Part shown: in pieces, positions 56,485 to 64,000 of the stretch
Position numbering within the stretch: position 1 is the stretch's first letter
How the letters are laid out: the number at the start of each line of letters is the position of its first letter
Made by a program: the position numbers and the translations under genes
Notes under the pieces: generated by a model
Told to the model about the DNA's origin: nothing
What the model saw: the letters and a program-made list of their open reading frames with translations, nothing else
Databases searched by the model: none
Assembly: GCA_903827955.1 (NCBI GenBank)
Contig: CAIKKJ010000061.1
Span: forward strand, 5,788 to 69,787
From: an uncultured Verrucomicrobia subdivision 3 bacterium
GTDB lineage: Bacteria > Verrucomicrobiota > Verrucomicrobiia > Limisphaerales > UBA11358
Reading direction: 5' to 3'
Length of the DNA: 64,000 nt

Positions 56485-57308
56485 ACATAAAGTGCGTTCT
56501 GCAAATCACGCAGCATAACACCGCAAAACGGATAGCGCCGGTCAGGGTCACGCTCGAGACATTTCATCACAACTTTTTCCAGTGCGGGCGGAACATCGGG
56601 ATTATGCTGGCGCAATGAAATCGGTCCGGCCGGATTCATTTGTGCGGCAAGAATTTCCCCTGGGGAATCACCCGAAAATGGTTTTTGATTGGCGAGCAGT
56701 TCATACGCCGCCACACCGAATGCAAAAATATCTGCGCGCCCGTCCACCGGCTCACGCCGCAACTGCTCCGGCGCCATGTAACCAGGCGTGCCGGGATTTT
56801 TAGCAAGTTTCTTCGGCTTTTCGGGAATCGGCAGCGCCATGTCAAAATCAATCAGGCGCACCGCCGCGTTGCGCGTCACCAGAATATTTTCCGGTTTGAA
56901 ATCTAGGTGCATATAGCCCGCCTCGTGGACGTGGCTCAAAGCCGTGGCCGAATCAATGAGTATTTGCGCCACGTTTTCCTGCAACACCGGATCCTGCCGC
57001 GCATAAAGCACCTTCAAATTTTCCGCCTCGATGTAATCCATGACAAGGTAGCAGGTGCCTTCCGCCTTGCCGTGTTCGACGTAGCCGACGATGTGATCTT
57101 TGTCCACAAGCTGTTCCAAAATTTCGCAACCACGGAGGAATCGGCGGCGCGCCGTGAAGTTGAAGCGCAGTTCGCGCTTCAATTTCCGCAGCGCATACGG
57201 CTTGCCGCGCCCGTCCGTGACCAGCCAGATTTCGGACATCCCACCGGTGTTGAGCTGTTCCCGGAGGTGAAAACGGTTAAATTTCTGTTCTGTAATCGCC
57301 CGCGCCAT
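56481..57308 (-). CDS. Ser/Thr protein kinase (catalytic domain only)
   Basis: YALRKLK (VAIK-like Lys), HLDFKPENILV (catalytic loop), IDFDMA (DFG-like) and GTPGYMAPEQ (APE). Confidence 0.85.
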   Translation of the reverse strand: MARAITEQKFNRFHLREQLNTGGMSEIWLVTDGRGKPYALRKLKRELRFNFTARRRFLRGCEILEQLVDKDHIVGYVEHGKAEGTCYLVMDYIEAENLKVLYARQDPVLQENVAQILIDSATALSHVHEAGYMHLDFKPENILVTRNAAVRLIDFDMALPIPEKPKKLAKNPGTPGYMAPEQLRREPVDGRADIFAFGVAAYELLANQKPFSGDSPGEILAAQMNPAGPISLRQHNPDVPPALEKVVMKCLERDPDRRYPFCGVMLRDLQNALYV

Positions 57309-57529
57309 GATGCCGAAAATCTAACACACGCACGATTTGTCCGCGACAAAACTTTTTTTGCCACATGCGAACAGCCGATTTTGAATTTGTTTTAATTATT
57401 TAGCGGTATTTTTACCGGTGGGTTCATCACAACCGCCGCGATTTGCACCTGCCCCGTTCGTGGACTTGATTCTTTCTGGTCGTATTGTTAGAACGCCCCG
57501 CACCATTCGACTTGAACAACCGCTTTGCC

Positions 57530-59860
57530 ATGAAAATCAAATCCACACTGCTGCCCGGACTGCTCGCCAGCATTTTCGCCGCGCAAATTTTTTCAGCCGC
57601 CGCCGCTGACTTACCGCGCCACACCTTCGCCATCGGCACCAATGATTTTCTCCTCGACGGCCAACGCCTGCAAATCCGCTGCGGTGAAATCCACGCCGCC
57701 CGCGTGCCGATGGAATATTGGCGCCACCGCTTGCAGATGGCCAAGGCGATGGGTTTGAACACCGTTTGCGCCTACCTGTTTTGGAATCTGCACGAACCGC
57801 ATCCCGGTGAATACGTCTGGACCGGTCAGGCTGACGACGCGGAGTTCTGCCGCCTCGCGCAGGAAGAAGGCTTGTGGGTCATTTTGCGTCCCGGTCCCTA
57901 TTCATGCGCCGAATGGGAAATGGGCGGCACGCCGTGGTGGCTGTTAAAATACGACGACATCAAGCTCCGCAGCCGCGACCCGAACTATCTCAATGCGGTA
58001 AAAACGTATCTCAAAGAAGTCGGCCGCGTGCTCGGTCCGCTACAAATCACGCACGGCGGCCCCATCATCATGGCGCAGGTCGAGAACGAATACGGCTTCT
58101 TCGGCAAAGACGCCGCCTACATGGATGAAATCAGAAAAGCCTTGGTGGACGGGGGCTTTGACGTGCCGCTCTTCGAATGCAATCCGCCCGACCAGATGAA
58201 GAACGGCAGGCTCACCAATCTGTTTCAGGCCGGAAATTTTGGCAGCGATGTGGAGAAAAACTTTACCAAGGTTCGGAAACTCCAGCCCACCGGCCCGCTC
58301 ATTTGCAGCGAATTTTATCCCGGCTGGTTCGACACTTGGGGGGTAAAACATCATTACGGCGACGCGCAAAAATATCTCACCAATCTCAAAACCATGCTGG
58401 ACATGAACGCCTCCTTCAGCATCTACATGGCGCACGGCGGCACCACCTTTGGATTATGGTCCGGCTGCGACCGCCCATTCAAACCCGACACTTCCAGCTA
58501 CGACTACGACGCGCCCATCAGCGAAGCCGGTTGGGCCACGCCAAAATTTTTCCAAACGCGCGAACTGTTTTCGAAATATCTTTTGCCTGGTGAAAAACTC
58601 CCGGAGCCACCCGCGCAAAATCCCGTCATCAGTTTTGCACCGGTGGAATTGAATCAAGTTGCGCCGCTGTTTGATAATTTGCCGGCGGCAATCAAAGACA
58701 AAACGCCGCGCAACATGGAAGCTTACGACCAAGGTTACGGCTGTTTTTTGTTGCGCACGAAAATTCCGACGGGCGCGGCGACGACGCTCGAAGCGGCGGC
58801 GATTCACGATTTTGGCTTTGTATTCATTGATGGAAAACGCGTCGGAATTTTGGATCGCCGCAGCGCGAACGCAAAAGTTTCTTTACCCGCGCGCGAAAAA
58901 GACGCGCAACTCGACATCCTCGTCGAACCGATGGGCCGCATCAATTTCGGCCCGGAGATGGCCGACCGCAAAGGCATCATCGCGCCGGTAAAACTCGATG
59001 GCGAAGTTTTGAAGGGCTGGGAGATTTTTAATCTGCCCCTGGACGAGAAGATGATCGCGGGATTGAAATTCACCGGCGAGAAACATGGTTCAAGCGCCCC
59101 GGCGTTCTGGCGCGGCACTTTCAATCTCCAAAAGGCCGGCGACACATTTCTGGATTTGCGCGGCTGGGGCAAAGGCGATTTGTGGGTGAACGGTCATTGC
59201 CTCGGGCGCTTCTGGAACATCGGCCCGTCGCAAACAGCCTACGCGCCCGGCTGCTGGCTGCGCGCCGGCGAAAATGAAATTATGATTCTTGACTACACCG
59301 GCCCGCAAAAACCTGTCGTCGCCGGTCTGGCAAAACCGATTCTTGACGAACTCCATCCTGAAAACGATTTCGCCCTGACGCATCGCGCCCCGGTAAAACT
59401 CAACCTCGACGCAGCGGGTTCCACGAAGATTGAAGGCTGCTTCAAGCCCGGCAGCGACACGCAGGACATCAACTTTATTTCCCCCGTCACCGGAAAATTT
59501 TTCTGCCTCGAAAGCTTGAACGCCCACGACGGCAAACCCTTCGCTGCCGTCGCCGAACTGGATTTGCTCGATACCAACGGCAACGCCATCAGCCACAACG
59601 GCTGGACGATTGCCTATGTTGATAGCGAGGAACGGAACGGCGAAGACGGCGCGGCGGAAAACGCGATTGACGGCCAGACGGCGAATTTCTGGCATACGGA
59701 ATGGAAAAACAATTCCCCCGACCATCCGCATCGATTGATTCTCAACCTTGGAAAATCGCAGGTGATTTCTGGCTTCCGCTACGTTCCCAGACAAGGCGAT
59801 GGTGGCGGCCACATCAAAGATTACCGCATCTTCATTGGCGAAAATCTAGTGCAGAAATAA
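57530..59860 (+). CDS. Glycoside hydrolase family 35 beta-galactosidase with C-terminal F5/8-type-C (discoidin) domain
   Basis: Signal peptide. GEIHAARVPMEYWRHRLQMAKAMGLNTVCAYLFWNLHEP...ILRPGPYSCAEWEMGG.PWWL...QVENEYG are GH35 motifs. The C-terminal AIDGQTANFWHTEW... is discoidin-like. Confidence 0.85.
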   Translation: MKIKSTLLPGLLASIFAAQIFSAAAADLPRHTFAIGTNDFLLDGQRLQIRCGEIHAARVPMEYWRHRLQMAKAMGLNTVCAYLFWNLHEPHPGEYVWTGQADDAEFCRLAQEEGLWVILRPGPYSCAEWEMGGTPWWLLKYDDIKLRSRDPNYLNAVKTYLKEVGRVLGPLQITHGGPIIMAQVENEYGFFGKDAAYMDEIRKALVDGGFDVPLFECNPPDQMKNGRLTNLFQAGNFGSDVEKNFTKVRKLQPTGPLICSEFYPGWFDTWGVKHHYGDAQKYLTNLKTMLDMNASFSIYMAHGGTTFGLWSGCDRPFKPDTSSYDYDAPISEAGWATPKFFQTRELFSKYLLPGEKLPEPPAQNPVISFAPVELNQVAPLFDNLPAAIKDKTPRNMEAYDQGYGCFLLRTKIPTGAATTLEAAAIHDFGFVFIDGKRVGILDRRSANAKVSLPAREKDAQLDILVEPMGRINFGPEMADRKGIIAPVKLDGEVLKGWEIFNLPLDEKMIAGLKFTGEKHGSSAPAFWRGTFNLQKAGDTFLDLRGWGKGDLWVNGHCLGRFWNIGPSQTAYAPGCWLRAGENEIMILDYTGPQKPVVAGLAKPILDELHPENDFALTHRAPVKLNLDAAGSTKIEGCFKPGSDTQDINFISPVTGKFFCLESLNAHDGKPFAAVAELDLLDTNGNAISHNGWTIAYVDSEERNGEDGAAENAIDGQTANFWHTEWKNNSPDHPHRLILNLGKSQVISGFRYVPRQGDGGGHIKDYRIFIGENLVQK

Positions 59861-59867
59861 GCTTCTG

Positions 59868-60689
59868 TCAGGTCAGCCGGTAGACGGCAGCCTTGTCCAC
59901 GGTCTCGGAAACAAACGCGGGGTCAAGATTCAACGTCGTCTCGGCCGTGCCCAGAAAAAGAAAACTGTGCGGCAGCATGCAGGCGCGGATTTTTTTTAGG
60001 ATGCTTTTCTTTGTCTCCACGTCAAAATAAATCATCACATTGCGGATGAACACGAGGTCGCATGGCGGCATCATGGGCCACGGTTCGATGAGATTCATCG
60101 GCTTGAACTGCACCATTTTTTTAATCTCGTCCTTGATGACCCAGCGGTCGTTCTGCTTGGAAAAATATTTCACCAGATACACCGCCGGTAATCCACGGTT
60201 GACCTCGAACTGCGAGTAGCTCCCCTCGCCAGCCACCCGCAGGACGGTCGGTGAAAGGTCGGTCGCGAGAATAGTGATGCGCCAGTCGTTGAGTTGCGGA
60301 AATTTTTCGCGGATGAGCATGGCCAGGCTGTATGGTTCCTGCCCGGTAGAACACGCGGCCGACCAAACCGTAAGCTGCCGGCTCGCGCCACGCGTTTCGA
60401 TGAACTTCGGTAAAATTGTTTTTCGCAGCGCCTCGAACGGGTTGAAATCGCGAAAGAACAACGTCTCGTTGGTCGTCAGCGCATCAATGGTTTTGTGATG
60501 CAGGCCATTGATGATTTTTTCGCTGCGCATTTTCCCGATGAACGCCTCAAGCGTGGGAAAACCCTCGCGTTGCGCCAGCGAGCCGAGACGGTTTTCGACG
60601 AGGTATTCCTTGCCCGGCTCCAAGACGATGGCCGCCTGGCTGCGGGCCAGTTGCGCGACATATTCAAAATCTGCCTTGGTGATAGCCAT
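59868..60689 (-). CDS. cheR: Chemotaxis protein methyltransferase
   Basis: Start taken at ATG 60689 (MAITKADFEYVAQL...). TNETLFFRD, LTVWSAACSTGQEPYSLAM and VFIRNVMIYFD are CheR motifs. Confidence 0.9.
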   Translation of the reverse strand: MAITKADFEYVAQLARSQAAIVLEPGKEYLVENRLGSLAQREGFPTLEAFIGKMRSEKIINGLHHKTIDALTTNETLFFRDFNPFEALRKTILPKFIETRGASRQLTVWSAACSTGQEPYSLAMLIREKFPQLNDWRITILATDLSPTVLRVAGEGSYSQFEVNRGLPAVYLVKYFSKQNDRWVIKDEIKKMVQFKPMNLIEPWPMMPPCDLVFIRNVMIYFDVETKKSILKKIRACMLPHSFLFLGTAETTLNLDPAFVSETVDKAAVYRLT

Positions 60690-60694
60690 GAAAT

Positions 60695-61783
60695 TTAGGC
60701 GGCTGCAAAGCGCCGGGAGTGGCGGGTGCGCTGGATCATCTCCAACGCAATCTGGTTCAATGGCACAATCTTGTCCGCGTAGCCAGCCTGGGCGACGTAG
60801 CCGGGCATGCCCCAAACCACACTCGTGGCCTCGTCTTGCACGACAATCTGCCCGCGTTTCTCGCGGATAATTTCACAACCGCGCAAGCCATCCTGCCCCA
60901 TGCCGGTCATGATGACGCCAAGCACATTACCGCCACACGCCGCGACCACGCTACGGAATAAAACATCCACCGCCGGACGGCAGGAATTTTCCGGCGGCGC
61001 ATCCGTGAGATGCACCCGCAACTGTCCGCCGAGACGTAAAACTTCCATGTGCCGACCGCCGGGCGCGATGTAGGCGTGGCCGGATTCAATCAATTGCCCT
61101 TCCACGCCTTCGTGAAATTTTATCGGCGTCGTGGAACTCAACCGGTCGGCCAGCATCGCTGTGAACAGCGGCGGCATGTGTTGCACGATGACGATCGGCA
61201 CGGGAAAATCCGACGGCACATTTTTGAAAACATCCGCCAGCGCGTTCGGTCCGCCGGTGGAAGTGCCGAGGCAGACCATTTCAACGGGTGTCCGCGACGA
61301 CGGCAGCACCGGGACAATTGGACGCGGCGTGGCCGTAAAGATTTTCGGTGCCGCATGCGCGTTCTCCACGCCAAGGTGGCGGCAATGCACTTTTACTTTG
61401 GCAATAAGTTCCGCCTGCAACCGCTGGATGCATTCGCCGACATTGCCCATGTTGGACGGCTTGGCGACGTAATCTGTCGCACCGGCGGACAGCGCGTCCA
61501 GCGTGGTCTCTGCGCCGCGCGAGGTGAGCGTGCTGAACATGATGACCGGCAATTTAGGATGTGTTTTGCGGATTTCCCGCAACGTCGCGAGGCCATCCAT
61601 GTCTGGCATCTCCACATCGAGCGTGATGACATCTGGATTGACCTGCGTGAGTTTTTGCAGCGCGATGCTGCCGTTAGCGGCGACGCCCACAACTTCGATA
61701 TCGCTGTCGCGAGACAAGGCTTCGGCGATAATTTTCCGCATCACCACCGCGTCATCTACGACCAATGCTCGAATTTTTGGCAC
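60695..61783 (-). CDS. cheB: Protein-glutamate methylesterase/glutaminase (REC + CheB catalytic domain)
   Basis: IRALVVDDAVVMRKII...ITLDVEMPDMDG (REC), GTSTGGPNAL, VQHMPPLFT and MTGMGQDG (CheB catalytic). Confidence 0.9.
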   Translation of the reverse strand: MPKIRALVVDDAVVMRKIIAEALSRDSDIEVVGVAANGSIALQKLTQVNPDVITLDVEMPDMDGLATLREIRKTHPKLPVIMFSTLTSRGAETTLDALSAGATDYVAKPSNMGNVGECIQRLQAELIAKVKVHCRHLGVENAHAAPKIFTATPRPIVPVLPSSRTPVEMVCLGTSTGGPNALADVFKNVPSDFPVPIVIVQHMPPLFTAMLADRLSSTTPIKFHEGVEGQLIESGHAYIAPGGRHMEVLRLGGQLRVHLTDAPPENSCRPAVDVLFRSVVAACGGNVLGVIMTGMGQDGLRGCEIIREKRGQIVVQDEATSVVWGMPGYVAQAGYADKIVPLNQIALEMIQRTRHSRRFAAA

Positions 61784-61801
61784 AATAATTTTTGGCGGGA
61801 T

Positions 61802-62176
61802 TCAAACCACGCCGAGAATCTGCAATTTTTCCTCCAGCGATTCTTTGGTGACGGGCTTCATCAAAAAATCATCCGCGCCGGCTTCCAACGCTGCCATCAC
61901 GCGCTCGGGAGTGTTTTGCGTGGTGACCATCATCAACTTGACGGCGCTGAAATCCGGGTTGCGGCGCAAGGTTTGAACGAGTTCCAGCCCATTCATCACC
62001 GGCATGTCCCAATCCACCAGCGCGACGTCAAACGGCTCGCTCGGATCATTTTTGATGAGTTTGTGCAAACCGGCGCGGCCGTCCTCGGCCTCCTCGGTCT
62101 TGAAAGACAATTCGCCGGCTATGTGTTGCAGAAAGCTCCGCATTGCCTTCGAGTCATCCACGATGAGCATTTTCAT
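61802..62176 (-). CDS. cheY: CheY-like single-domain response regulator
   Basis: 124 aa. MKMLIVDDSKAMR...ALVDWDMPVMNG...MVTT...KP. Lies between cheB and the MCP gene. Confidence 0.85.
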   Translation of the reverse strand: MKMLIVDDSKAMRSFLQHIAGELSFKTEEAEDGRAGLHKLIKNDPSEPFDVALVDWDMPVMNGLELVQTLRRNPDFSAVKLMMVTTQNTPERVMAALEAGADDFLMKPVTKESLEEKLQILGVV

Positions 62177-62203
62177 GATGGTCTCCTTTTTCCCTGGAAC
62201 GGT

Positions 62204-64000
62204 TTACATTTTCGCCTGCTCCACAACGCGCTTGAGGTCGGACGCGAGCTTGGACAGCTCGGTGGCGGCACTCAACGTGTTCGTTGCGCCCTCGCTGGTG
62301 TTCTTCGCGGCAACGCTGACGTTGCTGATGTTGCGGGAAATTTCCGTGCTGCCGCGCGCAGCCTCAGAGGCGTTGCGGGCGATTTCATTCGTCGTCGCGG
62401 ATTGTTCCTCGACGGCGCTGGCGATGGTGTTGGAGATGTCGTTGATGCGGCTGATGACTTGGCTGATTTGCGTGATGGCAGAAACAGCGCCTTTGGTGTC
62501 GTTTTGAATCGCTTCGATCTTGTGGCCGATATCTTCCGTCGCCGTCGCCGTCTGCTTGGCGAGTTCTTTCACCTCATTGGCAACAACCGCGAAACCTTTG
62601 CCCGCTTCACCCGCACGGGCGGCCTCGATGGTGGCGTTGAGCGCGAGCAAATTCGTCTGCTGCGCGATGCCGGTGATGACCTTGATGACCTGGCCGATTT
62701 CCTCACTGCTAATACCCAGTTTGGCGATGGTGCTGTTCGTTTCGCCCGCCACGCGCACGGCGTCGTTGGCAACTTTCGTCGCTTCGTTCGCGTTTTTGGC
62801 GATTTCGCGGACGCTCGCCGTCATCTCCTCGGCGCTCGCGGCGACAGTCGCAATATTTTTGCTGACCTGCTCGGAAGCGGCGGCAACGACGTTGGCCTGC
62901 GCGGAAGTTTCCTCGGAGTTCGAACTCATCTGCTGGCTGGTTGCTGTCAATTCCTCGGCTGCAGAGGCGATGGACTGTGAATTTTGGTTAACCACCGTTA
63001 TAGTAGTCTTGAGATTGGCCTCGGCAATTTTGCGCGCGGTGATGTCGGTAGCAAATTCAACCACCTTGTTCACCTTGCCGTTGACATCGAACTGCGGATT
63101 GTAGGTGGCTTGAATCCAAACTTCCTTCCCCCCTTTGGCCACCCGTTTGTATTCGGCAGTCTGAAATTTACCATCGTTCAGATCGAGCCAGAACTGGCGA
63201 TATTCCGAACTGTCGCGGCAGGCCGGCTCCACAAAGGTGCTGTGGTGCTTGCCGGTGATTTCATCCAGACGATAGCCCATGACGTTACAGAAATTATCAT
63301 TGGCCGTGATGCACATGCCTTCGTTGGTAAACTCAATGACTGCCTGCGTGCGATTCAATTCATCAATCTGCCGTTTGCTATTGAAAGCAGCGACTTTTTG
63401 ATCCGTCACATCGGTAGCAATCTTGACAATTTTGGTTACGCGCCCCATTTCATCTTTCACCGGCGCATAGACGGCCTGGATGTAGATTTCGCGACCATCT
63501 TTGGTAATACGTTTGAACACATCCGTCTTGTTCTGGCCGTTATTCAAGTCGGTCCAGAACTGATTGTAAGCCGGTGTATTTGCATAACTAGATTCAACGA
63601 ACATGCGGTGGTGCTTGCCCGTGATTTCGCTGAGTTGATAGCCGAGCGTCTTGAGGAAATTCGGATTGGCTGTGATGACTTCGCCTTTCGTATTGAATTC
63701 AATGTAGGTATACGTGCTGTCAATCGCATTCAAAATCCCCCGTGCATTTTGGCGCTCGTATTCTGACGCAGTGATTTCATACCGCACGCCGATGTATTTT
63801 TTCGGCTTGCCGTTTTCACCAGGAATTGGGGCGATAACCGCGTCTACATAATACGGCGTGCCGTCCTTGGCACGATTTTTGACCACGCCGCGAAAGATAT
63901 TGCCCTTGCCGATAGTGGCCCACATTTCGCGGAAAACGTCCTTGGACATATCCGGATGGCGCGTGGTGTTGTGGCCTTTGCCGATCAATTCCTCGCGGCT
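62204..64000 (-). CDS. Methyl-accepting chemotaxis protein with at least three PAS/PAC repeats; 5' end lies beyond the right edge
   Basis: C-terminal MA signalling domain ([40 protein letters not shown]). Repeated PAS/PAC blocks (...KDG..YI.A.Y.PV.D..G.V.K.V..A.D.T). The frame stays open to position 64000 (...[11 protein letters not shown]); the track start is a TTG inside the PAS region. Confidence 0.85.
   Translation of the reverse strand, partial: SREELIGKGHNTTRHPDMSKDVFREMWATIGKGNIFRGVVKNRAKDGTPYYVDAVIAPIPGENGKPKKYIGVRYEITASEYERQNARGILNAIDSTYTYIEFNTKGEVITANPNFLKTLGYQLSEITGKHHRMFVESSYANTPAYNQFWTDLNNGQNKTDVFKRITKDGREIYIQAVYAPVKDEMGRVTKIVKIATDVTDQKVAAFNSKRQIDELNRTQAVIEFTNEGMCITANDNFCNVMGYRLDEITGKHHSTFVEPACRDSSEYRQFWLDLNDGKFQTAEYKRVAKGGKEVWIQATYNPQFDVNGKVNKVVEFATDITARKIAEANLKTTITVVNQNSQSIASAAEELTATSQQMSSNSEETSAQANVVAAASEQVSKNIATVAASAEEMTASVREIAKNANEATKVANDAVRVAGETNSTIAKLGISSEEIGQVIKVITGIAQQTNLLALNATIEAARAGEAGKGFAVVANEVKELAKQTATATEDIGHKIEAIQNDTKGAVSAITQISQVISRINDISNTIASAVEEQSATTNEIARNASEAARGSTEISRNISNVSVAAKNTSEGATNTLSAATELSKLASDLKRVVEQAKM

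Noticed and set aside
61049-62980. 643-aa plus-strand ORF across cheB, cheY and the MCP
   Set aside because: Same reasoning. It is antisense to three well-supported che genes and its sequence is R/G/D/F-rich without domains.
1-64000. Search by eye for rRNA, tRNA (GGTTCGA-type T-arms in spacers), CRISPR arrays, IS/transposase or integrase genes, prophage or toxin-antitoxin or defence modules
   Set aside because: None found. All spacers long enough to hold an RNA gene were read, and none shows tRNA-like or repeat-spacer structure. No ORF has transposase, integrase or phage signatures.

Overview
64-kb chromosomal segment, GC in the high 50s % by eye. All calls rest on reading the supplied ORF translations and the raw sequence; no searches were run. 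Gene content and the ACAGGAT-type hairpins suggest a PVC-group or Verrucomicrobiota-like organism, but that is inference only.

I support about 58 protein-coding genes, almost all ordinary chromosomal functions:
- three tandem CNNM/DUF21 genes
- acpS-pdxJ, VanZ and ComEC
- a HAD-NUDIX / HNH / folB operon
- a pseudouridine synthase and nadA
- a complete Pho-regulated block (porin, pstSCAB, phoU) with recognisable Pho boxes
- an ars operon (arsR, DUF6428, acr3 remnant, arsC)
- a UvrD-like helicase and rpsB-tsf
- a glycoside-hydrolase set (GH43, GH28, CBM9/PKD, GH35)
- DUF4139 and smc
- a regulator trio (AraC/PocR, PAS kinase, LuxR regulator)
- an ADP-forming acetyl-CoA synthetase/GNAT fusion, PFOR and a DHOD-like flavoprotein
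- a large MASE1-CHASE-PAS sensor kinase plus its regulator
- a radical SAM protein, adk, H+-PPase, GNAT and a Ser/Thr kinase
- a partial che cluster (cheR, cheB, cheY, multi-PAS MCP)

I found no rRNA, tRNA, CRISPR array, IS element or prophage. I see no clear multi-gene novel system.

The observations most worth a second look are:
1. An acr3 arsenite pump reduced to its first and last helices inside an otherwise intact ars operon.
2. A HAD-NUDIX fusion coupled to folB, a candidate for the unassigned dihydroneopterin-phosphate phosphatase step. A low-GC HNH gene with a GspF/PilC-N-like domain is wedged into the same operon.
3. A 73-nt imperfect palindromic element inserted in frame in the HAD-NUDIX linker. 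Its 25-nt core recurs in frame in the helicase; both copies encode EDGGLKME.
4. A 1-nt frameshift that separates the ATPase domain from the large sensor kinase.
5. A response regulator with an uncharacterised Cys-rich LPICxxCKKIRDDxGYW output module.

Possible further gene remnants (a pit C-terminus, a DUF1080-like C-terminus) hint at ongoing gene decay, but these calls are low confidence.
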